Shown here: one piece after another, positions 38,195 through 50,092 of the stretch
How the letters are laid out: each line of letters opens with the position of its first letter
How positions within the stretch are numbered: position 1 is the first letter of the stretch
Assembly: GCA_032718475.1 (NCBI GenBank)
Contig: JAUCBJ010001879.1
Span: 1 to 51,473 of the forward strand
Source: Nemertoderma westbladi
Taxonomy: Eukaryota; Animalia; Xenacoelomorpha
Reading direction: 5' to 3'
Length of the DNA: 51,473 nt
Translations under genes and position numbers: made by a program
Notes under the pieces: model-generated
What the model saw: only the letters and a program-made list of their open reading frames with translations
Told to the model about the DNA's origin: nothing
Database searches by the model: none

Positions 38195-39599
38195 CTATAT
38201 GTCTTCTGTAACTCTTCTTATCAGTCGCATAATGCGGTTGAACTGATAGCGCACCCACATGTCTGTAGCTGTAAAGAGACCTCCAAACATTTCTGAGAAT
38301 TCACCACTAATGATATAAAACTTTATCTTCAGTAACACAGTGCTATGTTTATGGCCACTCCAGAACGGTATATTTAATGCGTTGTGCATCTTCTGTTTCA
38401 ATTCTGCTTTCTCGAGTAGAATCTTAACTAACTTATCATCTTTGATTGTCTCATCTTTGTTGATACTAACAACAACTGGAGTGCCTCTCGTCATTCGTGG
38501 AAGGTGAACAAAGCTTTTAGGAATGTAGAAATTCATCCGAGACATATACCCAACCAATATTATTTTTGCGAGATGCCGAGATGTGATCTTGGCGGGACAA
38601 GACCTCCGGTAACCTTGACCGAATGTCATAAAGTATCCCTTCCCTGGTGTATCTGCGGTAGGAATCGAAGTTGTACTCCAATCTTCCCAGCGTTCTGGTA
38701 TAAATTCATTCGGTTTATCCCACAGCATTTTGTTAACTTTGCTAAAGTTAATGCAAACAATCTCTCCCTTTAACAAATATCTCATCTTTATATGTGAATG
38801 TTTTTTGTACTTCCCTATCTGGTTGGAACTGATTGTATAGCCGCAGTGATTCGTTAAACGTCCAATCAAGGTATTTATCTTTGATAATGTCATCAGCAAT
38901 CAATTCTTCAGCATTTCTGTCAAAAACAGGTTTGAGTCTTTCAAACACACTTGGATGAAGAACTATATCAGTCAAACAATGGCAGACACATTCCATTGTC
39001 TGCTGAGCAGCTGAATAAAAAAATGTAGTTCCAATATGATCTGTAAGCATCTCTACATCCACATTTTTTGGTATAAACTCTTTAAAATTACCTTTCATCG
39101 AAATACTTATCTGCTTCTTAAGTTCTTCTTGTAATTTTTGACGTTTTGCCTTTGACCTTAAAGATGTACCTATAAATACCGAATTCAAATTTTTATTGGC
39201 ATCGAAAAACGTTTTAAGTAAATTGTCAGGCATCTTCCTTTTAAAGATCAGCTCAAACAACAGACAAATAACAATTTCCCTGACTTCCTCTTGAATAATT
39301 GTAGAAATAGCACCGATATGTTTCCTTGAATCAACCCATTCATTTATTCTAATTTCTACAATCTCAGCTATTAGACTTGGAGTGAAGCTTTTCAATAGGC
39401 AAGTTGTTATTAGAGAAAGGTTTTTATATTTCGCATTACTAGGATCAAATGTCTCTTGATGATGATTTCCGAATGGCCAGTGTGAGTAATGGCGGTAAAT
39501 GGTGGTGGAGGTATCACTACCAGTCCAATTCATGCCTTTACGATTGTAAATTTTTAAGCAATCTTCAGGAGTTATGGTTTCATTTGGAATTACCTTCAT
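38195..39599 (-). pseudogene. Intronless atypical cytochrome P450 with a single 1-bp frameshift (467 aa if repaired)
   Basis: I-helix-like TFFYSAAQQT, ExxR (ESLR), PERW and heme loop FGQGYRRSCPA. The two ORFs join at EIFVKG/EIVCINF by removing one base from aaagggagag (about 38762-38771). Span is 1405 = 3x468+1. Confidence 0.85.
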
Positions 39600-39922
39600 G
39601 TTGGAATATCTTGATAATAATTATTTAAATTATCTTTATTAAAGTTCAAAAGTGATACTAATTATCTGTACAAAGTAAGGTACATAAAGAGCAAAACGAC
39701 CGAACACAGTCGAACACACTACAAATACTGCCGAACACAATCGAACACAGTCGAAAATAGAAAGACCACAAAAAAATAACACCGGGTAACAACTTTTAGA
39801 TAAAATTAGCCACGCGTTGCTTTTCTATAAGTAAATACCAGAAATTATTGAATAAAATTGTCGCGAAATTAAATATTAATTTCTTATCAGATCAGCTGAT
39901 GGTATCAGGTATCATCTTAATT

Positions 39923-40078
39923 TGTGGGGCGAGCGACGAAAGTAAGCGAGCTTAGCATACAGGTACCACTAACTCATCGGTGTTTCTGTTGTTCTGTCGT
40001 ACTGTCGTTCTGTTATGTTCAATTTTAAACGTTAATAACTCAGCTAAATGTTAATGAAATTTAACCAAACTTGGTACA
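39923..40078 (-). mobile_element. Second copy of the Helentron/DINE-1-like repeat end
   Basis: Reverse complement aligns with 961-1100. Confidence 0.65.
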
Positions 40079-40178
40079 GACAGACAGACAGTCTGTTCGC
40101 AAATTTCGTAAAAAGTTTTTATACATAAATTTTGCTTCAAATTCTTCGCGGACTTCGTTATTACATATATATTATAAT

Positions 40179-41032
40179 TAGGGATTAGGGATTAGGGATT
40201 AGGGATACGATAAGATACGATACGAAAATCCGGTACGATCGAACCAACTTTTCATGATACGATACGATACGAATGCAATTTAGAAAAAATACGATACGAT
40301 ACGAAAAATCCAATATACGATACGAAATGCGAAAAAAGTATTTTTTACGTATCGTATTTTATTTAAGAGTTGATAAAAAATATATGTATTTTTTTTATAC
40401 TTATAAAATAATATTAAAAATCTCTATTTAATATACAGTACTTTTTATTTCAAAGTACCAGTATGCTTGCTACAGCGACAATGCGGCTATTGGTTACCTA
40501 CAACATACATAAAGACGTCATGAAAATTGTAGAGTATGTCTTTACCATAATAACCATGACGGCCTTTTCTTTATTCTCACACTCTATACAATGCCTTATC
40601 ATAACACGCCCTGTTAGATGCGATTCGAGTTCTCCTCACAAGGAGAGCTCTAATTTTCTTCTAACTTTATTTAAATTGTAATTAGATTATATTTCAGTGG
40701 TCTTTTTATCATTATTCTGCAGTTAATTAAATGTGATTAACGATCAAGTCTTAACCATTTTATTGACCTAATAAAATTCTAACCTGTAACTTAATTTATT
40801 AACCAATATAATATTTTCATGATACGATACGAATCATGACAAATTAATTATCATATATAAATTATAATCATCAACATTATATTTAATTAATAGTATTGTT
40901 ATTTATAATTTATGTTCATATTAAAACATATTGTTATTGCAGTTGGAGTACATTAAAAAATACGAAATTCGATACAAATAAATTACTGTAATACGAAAAT
41001 CCGTTTTCGTATCGTATCGTATCCTGTCCCTG
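40179..41032. mobile_element. hAT-type MITE with (GATAC)n subterminal repeats and 8-bp TSD
   Basis: Ends (T/C)AGGGA...gatacgatacgaaaa in inverted orientation. ATTATAAT lies at 40171-40178 and 41033-41040. Confidence 0.85.
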
Positions 41033-43448
41033 ATTATAATATAATACTGTACTAAATTATGTATAGATCATCATCACCCACAAACTGAAGTATATAAATA
41101 TGTAGAGTAACTATAGTACATCCAATTGGCACTATCAGAAAACAAGGTCTGGCACTGTGTGCGTGCGGATACATAAATATAGTAACAGATTAACCCTTTG
41201 TCTGCTCAGTGTTGTTGGAACAACTTTCCTATTATTGGCTCTCCTAATCTCAGAATGGTAATATGTGATAGCTGATTGGTTGAAATGGGTTGTCAACATG
41301 TTTCGTGTACCTGAGGATCAGTTCCCTTTGCTTTCCAGAGGGAACTTTGAACATTGTCTTACATATTGTGAGCCTACCCAAGCAGCATTCGATATCGACC
41401 GTATTTATCATATATCGTTCGTAGCAGGTTTGCTGTTATAAAATTAATATTGATGTCGCCCTCTTGCGCTTTTAGATAAAATATAGAGTTCGTTTGTGAC
41501 AAATATCTGTAGAATATACGAACATTGTACGAGATATCCTACAAACTTCAAAACCCTACTACTTTTACAATTTTTGAGCAATTAGTCTGAAACTTTCTGT
41601 GGGTGTCTACATAGCCACCCTGCATAAAAGTATCAGACAACTTTTCGAAATTATTTGTTAATAAAATTTAATACTATTTATAACAAACCTAAAAATTAGG
41701 CATAAATTTGCAGCGCCACCTAGCGGTGCAGAATTATTTTCACAAACTTTCGCCTGATAGTTATGTTGCCCCATCTTAGATCTATCATATAAAAAAACTT
41801 TCATGTGATTAGATTCAAAACTGTAAAAGCCTTAGGGTTTTAAGCGCAACCAAGTTTTTTTTGTTGTTAACTAGTATTAACTAATATTAAATAGCGAAAA
41901 ATAAAAATTTTCTAACCTGTCATGTAGAATAGCATCTTAGGCACCAATATTCCAAATTATAGCCAAAACCAAACAATTTTAAAACGCTGAGAGTGATAAA
42001 TCGAAGAGTTGTCCGAAAATGGTGTACCCCCCCCCCCCCCCTTAATATCTTCTAGCTTCTCTCACTGAACACTATGTATGGTATTGACGCGGAGGTGGAG
42101 AAGGCTATTACGAATTATTTTGTTCAAGTTGCGTGGCGCGCTGGTGGATCTAAGTACATGTAAGTATAATATAAATTATAATGTATAGTGTAGACTTCGA
42201 AATTTAATTAAATAGTATAATTATACTGGTGTGATCATGGGTATATAAAAGAAAGATAGTTTTGTATTACATAAATAATAGGAGTGGATTTGTGTATATG
42301 TTTTAAATATGCATTATGCATTTGGGTGGGTGCTGGTGGGTCGGTTTGGGTTTGAGGATTTATAACATAATTTTCTTAACTTATTTCATGAAATACCGCT
42401 TCGCTGTCAACTTGCAATTTTAATAATGTTAATCTTAATTATTTTACAGTGCTAGAAAAGTTGGAGGAGCTGAGGAATAATCGTAATGGGACAGTAATGG
42501 ATTGATTCGACTTGAACATATTAATATACTGTACTGTATATACATATGCAGCATAATGTAGGCCTACCTATAAATACTGTATATCAATATTTTAATTGTT
42601 TCTTCCAAATGAATAATTAAATTGTAATAGATTGTCCTATTAGGTATCGGAAAGTTCTGTGTTTTTATACCTACGAGATTAGCACTACATTGGGGATTAA
42701 CCAGACATTACTATAAATACTGTAGATATATCTATATATTTGCTATAAGATAATAAGATTTAAAAAAATGCGTCGTGGTATCATTTCACTATTTTCAACG
42801 GGCTAACACATAATGCTAACATTATTATTGACATTATGATTATAATATTAATAAATAGCGTTTTCACCAATTCTTACTCTGTTATATTATTATCAAAAAA
42901 ACCACACCAATTTTGTTCAGCTGTAGTAAGTTATTGCATTTATTTATAGAAAATTAGTATCACATTTATTGAAATATCATTGTTTAATGTTTATATGGAA
43001 ACTAGTATTACATTAACAAGATAATACCAACATGCATTTAATAACATTAAAATCATAATATTTTAGTATTGTTGTACTAATGTTAGAATAATAATGAGAA
43101 AATAGTGAGAAAAAAAATCAGGAATGCTATAAGAATGCTATGAAATAATTCCAATATTAGCTTAATGTTAGAATAACATTAGAATGTTAAGGGTGGGAAA
43201 TTCACTAACTATTCGAATTCCAATGTTAAAATAACACTGATTAATATTGGTTGCCGAATACTGCTGAAAGTGCACTTTTATTGCACAGGGTCCGAGCGCT
43301 TTGCCAAAAAAATATTAAAACTGGCATTAGTTTAACATTTGAATTTTAATACTTTATTATTTGAATAAAGATGTTTAAAAATATTATTCTAATGTTACTA
43401 TGGTTTGCAGGGCATTTAAATACGGTACTGGTAGGCCTACCGGCTGAC

Positions 43449-44037
43449 CGTTGTTTTGGTTAGAAAATCCCGCCTCATCTGTAACCTGCTCCTTTGCCTG
43501 ATTTGGTAAAGTGACCGTTTATTGTTTTGGTTAGAAAGGCCCGCCTCTGTAACCTGCTCCTTTCCTTCATTTTGTAAAGTGACTGTTTATTGTTTTGGTT
43601 AGAAAATCCCGCCTCTGTAACCTGCCCCTTTCCCTCAATTAATTAAGTGATCGTTTATTTGTTTTGGTTAGGAAATCCCGCCTCTGTAACCTGCTCCTTT
43701 CTCTCAATTGGTAATGTTATCGTTTATTGTTTTGGTTAGAAAATCCCGTCTCTGTAACCTGCTCCTTTCCCTGATTTGGTAAAGTGACTGTTTATTGTTT
43801 TGGTTAGAAAATCCCGCATCTGTAACCTGCTCCTTTCTCTCAATTGATAATGTTATCGTTTATTGTTTTGGTTAGAAAATCCCGTCTCTGTACCCTGCTC
43901 CTTTCCCTCAATTAGTTAAATGATCGTTTATTGTTTTGGTTAGAAAATCCCGCCTCTGTAACCTGCTCCTTTCCCTGATTTGGTAAAGTGACTGTTTATT
44001 GTTTTGGTTAGAAAATCCGGCCTTAACCTGCTCCTTT
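43449..44037. repeat. 68-bp minisatellite, about 9 copies, within the MULE-like arm
   Basis: tggttag starts at 43457, 43528, 43596, 43665, 43733, 43801, 43869, 43937 and 44005. Confidence 0.97.
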
Positions 44038-44415
44038 CGATATCGATTATCGACAACAACCACAAACTATTAAATATAGAGTCTTTTTACCACAGGCGCA
44101 TATGGAATTCTATCTCATAGTCTATAAATCATGGAATCATGGAATGTTTTAGCACAGGCATAGTGAAACCAACTGTCCGACAGACCAGAAATCAACAAAT
44201 TTTGAATGTTTTGGCATAGGCATGTTGAAATAAACTGTCTGACAGTCCAGAAATCACCAGTCTGACAGTTTGAAGAAATACATACATAAAAAGTCATTAA
44301 AAGGACAATAAAAGTCATTAAAAGGACAACAAAAGTCATTATGCACAATTCGTATAAAAAAGGAGGACAAAAAAAGTCAAATAAAAGGACATAAAAAATC
44401 ACTGCCGTTACCATC

Positions 44416-44781
44416 AGCCCCAAATGCATAAACATGATTCCCCACTGAATGCAACCAACCCCTATTAGCACCTACCGGTATGTACAGATAAATGATTGGA
44501 TAGATTTTTAAACAAAATTTTGCAGATGTCAGAAAATGCCCCTGGTTAGACAACCGCGACTTTTAGAGGGATTGTGATATTAATATGAAAACAATAAAAT
44601 AGGACATGGGGTCTTATTCCCTCAGATACTACCTAGCATTTAGGGCCACTTGGGCCACTGTTAGTACTCAGGCACTAAGGCCCATCAAAAAACAAAATAC
44701 CAGTAGTTACTGTATGGTTTGGTGTAATTTTTCTTGTGGTAGTTGGGTTGGGTTATGTGGCACTAAAATCGATTTGGTATT
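44416..44781. repeat. Continuation of the 676-bp tandem repeat (rest of copy 2, start of copy 3)
   Basis: agccccaaatgcataaac... matches from 17725 onward, then gttagacaaccgcgac...; the last 80 bp are inverted. Confidence 0.93.
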
Positions 44782-46547
44782 TAAACGTCATAAAAACGTC
44801 ATAAATGAAAAGTTAAAATTATTGAAGGGCGGAGGGTGCTATCTCGGCTTCATTCCCCTGGGCGCCAGAAGGGCTCGCTCGCCTCTGAGTCAGACAGAGA
44901 AAGGCTCTACTAAATGTACTTATGATAATCTATCTAATCTACAAGAGCTTATCAATCAGCAGGTTGACGCCATCAAACACGGCCGATGCCACCCGAATCC
45001 CGGAGGCATGGAATTTGATCAACTTGCTTATTTTGTGTTAGGCCATATATGGGTGAATGAGTGGTTTCATATTATTATAACTTTTTGTTGGGCACAGCTT
45101 TTACAAAGTCGGCAATGACGTCCAGGTACAGTAGTATTGAACTGGTGACCTCGTCCGATTTCCAACCCGGAGGTCACCAGTTTGATCCCCACCTGCTCAC
45201 CTGGACGTCATTGCCGACATTGCAAAAGATGCGCCCAACAAAATGTTATGATATACATATCAACTTGCTGGAAAGAAACCTAAACGTTCAACAACCACCA
45301 ATGTTAAAGGCTGAATCTCATGCTGTTCTGCCCTCAATAGTCAATATGTTTAGAAGGTCCACTATTGTGAGGATTTTCCAAAATAATCACTCCGCTTATA
45401 TAATTGCCTCATAACTTTGGTGATAGATCCTCTCTACTGAGTACTCGACTCCCAGATAGATTCAATGGTGACATCTTCTTTGCGAAATCAAGACTAAACT
45501 GCCACTGCAAAGAGCATTACGACCAATAATCGTACCAATAATGCTGGAGTTAGACCTGAGTGTTTGGCTTAGTGTACATTAACCAAATCATAATAGACAC
45601 GTCAGTACTTACTGTATGTGGGGATTTACGCAGCAAGAAGTCTAGATGAACCTCTGTGTATCTTTGAAGTACAATTAGTGGACCTGGTTACTCCAACTAC
45701 CGGCCGACAGACGGACTACTGTATAGAAATCTGGCTGTGTGTAGAATTTCTAAACTTTTGATAGACTACAGTGTACCACGACTTTGGTAGCGTTCAAACA
45801 TTTCCAATGATGACAACATACGTCCATTAATGATACCGCTACACAAAGGCTCATCTAGACTTCGTGGCTCGACCCACATTTACAGAACAAAGAGAGCAAC
45901 AAATGCCGCAAGAAAAGTTGATGTCTTTTCCCATAAGGGCAAAGGTAACGGTAACGGTAACACATACTGTAAGGGTAACGGTAACACATACTGTAAGGGT
46001 AATATAATCTATAATAATTGAAGATTTGTTAACCCGGAAAGACTGACATCTGGCAGTTATCTGTCAGGTAAAGTTGGTCTGGTCCCGTCCGCGGAAAGGA
46101 AAACCCGCGGGCCTCAACCACAATGCTAATTTATGGGGAATCTGACAGGGAAAAATGAAATACCCTAAAATTCGGTGCATAAAAGCCGGTTCGTGCCATG
46201 TTTGGAAAATGAAAAAGTATCCCAGCCAATGAAACCAAGCTTTTTCGCCCAATGGTGTTGGCAGGGCACACTTTGCTAAATATTTAGATTGTATGGGGGT
46301 TATGTCCCATGGCACATGGGAAAGGATCAGGTTACGGAAGCGCGTTGGGGGGCAGGACCGGCAACAGGTCTATGTTTTTAGTAACGATTTTTAGGTCGAA
46401 TTTGGGTGATGTGACATGATTGTGTCTCCTTGGGGGTTGGAGACCGTGGTGGTGGATTCTTCCATCTCTTGATTGATAATTAAAGTTAAAAATGAAACTA
46501 GAACCTTATTCATTCCAATACATTTACTCCGAGGTCCTACACTCACC

Positions 46548-46619
46548 GGCTTGTTGGTCTAGAGGTATGATTCTCGCTTCGGGTGCGAGAGGTCCCGGGT
46601 TCGACTCCCGGACAAGCCC
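46548..46619 (+). tRNA. tRNA-Pro (anticodon CGG)
   Basis: GGCTTGTTGGTCTAGAGGTATGATTCTCGCTTCGGGTGCGAGAGGTCCCGGGTTCGACTCCCGGACAAGCCC, followed by a T5 terminator. Confidence 0.97.
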
Positions 46620-48075
46620 GAACCTCTTTTTATAACGTTCAGTTTAGTTGCTAAGAAGGTGGTCTTTTTTACTCTGATTATAATTAATTTTACTCTGCTC
46701 TGTTTTCACCTAACCCGGAGGCTATAATTCAATTTTGTATAATTTACTTATTAATTCATCAAATTTCACTAATTAAATATAGTAGATGTAGTAGTGGAAC
46801 GGTTATACGGCCAGTCCAGCCTATAATTAAATTCAATATAATATATATACAGTAGGTGCTTCGATACAAGGGTTTCAACAGACGAATAACCATTAACAAA
46901 ATAGAAGGAAAAATAGACATTATTAATGTCTAAAAACTGTTATTCAAAAAGCTTCAATTGTTTAGTATACATAATGCGCAATTATTATTTAAATAATACA
47001 ACCAAATCTTGAAAAACAGATTGAGTGGAACATTTGGCGGCTATACAAAAAGATTTATATTACTGAACTTTACATAACTATAACACCTCACTATAATATT
47101 GATACGACAAAAAAACCCAGAGTAAAAAAAAACATAACTTAAGACAGCGAGAATAATGTTAGTGTGTGTGCGAGAAGTTGGGAAATTAAAGTTTGTCTCA
47201 ATGAATCGACTTTTGTGTCGAAAACAAAAGGAAAAGGAGAAATAAATAGCAGCGGGAATTTTAAGCGTATAGTTATAAGAATTACACTGTACAGTAGTTC
47301 TACTATAATCTACTACAAATAACGCGGGTTTAATGTGTATAAAAGCTAGCTGTATGTTAACGCAATGTTGGGCCCCCTACTAAAGAATCACGTCTGTTCT
47401 GTAAGATCTTTAAACTAAGTTTCAACGTGTGGATCGAACTTGTTAGAGTTTTTTCAGCTGAAATCGACGCGATCTTTGTATCCTGGCCTTTTATCAACGC
47501 CCTAAAACATAAGTAAAAGGTACGGAATTAGATATAATTGAATTTTACTAACTGCGATTCGTTTAAGAATAACGTATTTATATTATAATTATCTTACAAT
47601 ATATCTATATATTTACTTTCCTATTTAAATGTATTAATTTTAATTAAAATAACCGACAACAATATTAATTATTTTCGTGACTAATTTCCGTTTCTCTAAC
47701 CCCGTTTCTAGAATCCCTTCACCAACCTTTCTATCGAATCGAAGGCCTCAGCGACGGCCTGTAACAGCTCCCGTAGTCGGCGGATTACCATATTGGCCTG
47801 GGCGATCGCCCCTATAGAACAGCACAGGTCTTGCGTTAATACGCACAGCCCGGGAACCAAATCCATTGTCTGTTTGATATTGGGGCCGCAGTCGTATAAC
47901 TTCTTCTTGGCGACGTCAAATAGATAATATATACTCTATGGAAGATAACATTGTAGTGGTTGAGATATATGTCAATTTGATATATCAAATGAAGAAAATG
48001 AAGTTTGCTCTCGAGAAAATTACAGCTGGCCTCTTTGGACACCGTATTTAAATCTGTAACCTGTTAGTTCAGGTT

Positions 48076-48270
48076 GTCCTTGTGGTTAAAGCGGTGGTAT
48101 TACAACCGGAAGGAAGGTCTTGTGTTCGATCCCTAAAAAGGAACGGTCGAGTTTTCGTTAAGTTGTTAACTCCAAGGAATTCACTTTTTTGGGAACCTCC
48201 AATCTTCCTTACAGCTTAACTTCCTGACACCACCGGTTGCCTCTTCAGTTACCGGTTAGTATAAATAATT
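48076..48270 (+). mobile_element. Possible old tRNA-derived SINE relic
   Basis: gtggttaaagcg (A-box-like) and gttcgatccc (B box) at tRNA-like spacing, but no cloverleaf. Confidence 0.35.
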
Positions 48271-48604
48271 TACTACATCGGGAATAATGAATATATTATT
48301 CTATAAATAGAACCTAAATCAACTAAAATTACAAACTATTTCAATATATTTACCTGATGGTATTCATTGACAGCCTTTATCAATGTTTCCTTACGGGTTT
48401 CGAACTGGCTTTCGTTAACGACACTCTCCTTATGAGACGATGTTAGGAACTTGATGGCTTTATCCAACTTTAACGTAACAGATGCCAGCTGTATTTGTGA
48501 CAACTGAAGTATCTCCTTGATGTTATTTTTGTCGGATATGTTATTTTTTGGCGAAGGACTCCAATGTTCTATTTCCTATAAATTATTAAGGACATCGATG
48601 CGGT

Positions 48605-48691
48605 GGTTGATTGCGGCCAAGTATTTCCATTTTTTTTATGTTTTTCACCCGGGAGACAATAAAAAACGGAAATAAGTGGCCGCAATCAGCC
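48605..48691. mobile_element. Small foldback/MITE
   Basis: Inverted repeat ggttgattgcggccaagtatttccattttttt / aaaaaaacggaaataagtggccgcaatcagcc. Confidence 0.6.
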
Positions 48692-50092
48692 TAGCCGTAG
48701 GTTAAATATGAAAAGTGAAGCTAATAAAAACATTTTCCATAACATTCCCCGTATCTGTGAATATTTCAGATCAAATTTTTAAGACTTGGATTTACCAAAA
48801 AATGCTGCTCTGGCTGGTGCACAGTAAATACTAACAGAGCACCTTCGCTCGGCCGACTAAGCTAAAATTTCGCATTTTCTCTAATTAATTAAGACTTTCT
48901 ATAGAAAGTACTAATAGAGAGCGAACACAGTACTTTCTTAAGTTTTCTACAAATTATAGTGATAAAAAGTGGATTTTTAACATAAAGTACATTTTAGAAT
49001 TTCCTCTTAAAAACGAGTGCCTTAAAAAATATTATTTATGTAAAAACAATTTAAAATTACAACCTGTCGCACAATTATGTGAAAAGAAATGGGTAAAAAC
49101 GAAAACCTTTTAGTAGAAATTAATTTTGGGACGTTATAATATTACTGTTACTGACCTCCAGTTCCCTACGATCTGTTGGGGTTGCGATACCGCTAGAGTG
49201 TCGGTGTTGTTTGGTTCTAGAGTTCGAGTCCATTGGACGACCAGCTGGGTCGCCATGGTTACTCTGTGGCTGTCCGTAGTTGATTGGAGGTGGTGCCGAT
49301 TGTAAGGCCTTTGATTGGTTATCCTCGGTTTGCACAGCTGGAAGGGGGGGGGGGGGGGTGGGGGGGTTAGAATACAATTGATAAATTGAATTACACTGCG
49401 AAAGAAAGAAAGTGGATCGATAATACAACATCTGTAAGTTTGAGCATCTGGCGGATGTGGGATTTAAAAATAGCATAAAAAATACCAAAAATTGCAAAAT
49501 AGCAACATCTCCCAATCCTAGAACCAAGAAATCGATAGAACGTCAAATAAGCCCCACTCCCTTCCTAGAGAAAAAGCTGAGATTAAAATGAACAATAAAT
49601 AATATGACCTTGGCGCGGTCAAAACCAGAATATGCGTACGCAGTGCAATTTATATTGCGGTGTGAGCGACATTGGTATGTAACCACAGCGATGGGGTACT
49701 GAAAACTATTAATCCATAACGGATGTAAGTCAGCCTAAATGTATTATCGTACCCAATCGGTTTCTATATATAAGGATCACCATAGCTAAACTTATCTCAG
49801 ACGCCGTTTATTTTTCACGTCTCTCTACTGACTGCCCTGCCCTAACCTTCCCACTTGGTATCATTTCCCCCACCCCCCCACCCCCCCCCCCCCCCCCCCT
49901 CCCCAATACCATCAAGTAGGCCTAGCCATAGTATTTATACACGGTACACGAACACCATTTATTTTTATGAATTATTAACGGAAATGTAATAACACAATCT
50001 AATTTTATATACAAACAGTAGATAGTAACTAAACATCTCACTCCCACAGATAATATAAGAACTGAAAAGCTCCTTCTTTAATCAACGCAGAG

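Larger units (their letters stand above)
18663..43412. mobile_element. CMC/EnSpm-like DNA transposon nested in the MULE-like element
   Basis: Perfect 12-bp TIR CCCTGCAAACCA / TGGTTTGCAGGG with CA on both sides (2-bp TSD). Subterminal arrays of the motif AACATT(A)GAATA in both orientations at about 18800-19230 and 43000-43400. No intact transposase seen. Confidence 0.7.
18399..44406. mobile_element. Mutator (MULE)-like non-autonomous element, expanded to 26 kb by nested insertions
   Basis: 9-bp duplication GTTACCATC at 18390-18398 and 44407-44415, with a single-copy empty site at 17716-17724. Imperfect TIRs of about 45 bp: cgcaataatttttattgtccgtttaaatcctttttttgtcc vs reverse complement ggcagtgattttttatgtccttttatttgactttttttgtcc. 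Confidence 0.85.

Noticed and set aside
40179-40207. Telomeric repeat
   Set aside because: The unit is the 7-mer TAGGGAT, a slippage expansion of a MITE terminus bounded by a TSD.
41190-42045. Single TTAA-flanked element (ttaaccctt ... ccccttaa)
   Set aside because: The two ends are not inverted repeats of each other; they are probably unrelated piggyBac-like and Kolobok-like fragments that I cannot delimit.
43449-44037. CRISPR-like array (constant part plus variable part)
   Set aside because: The variable segments are point variants of one another within a fixed 68-bp period.
44606-45118. 170-aa protein-coding gene
   Set aside because: It is stitched from a tandem-repeat unit, an inversion and unrelated repeat DNA; the same start in other copies closes early.
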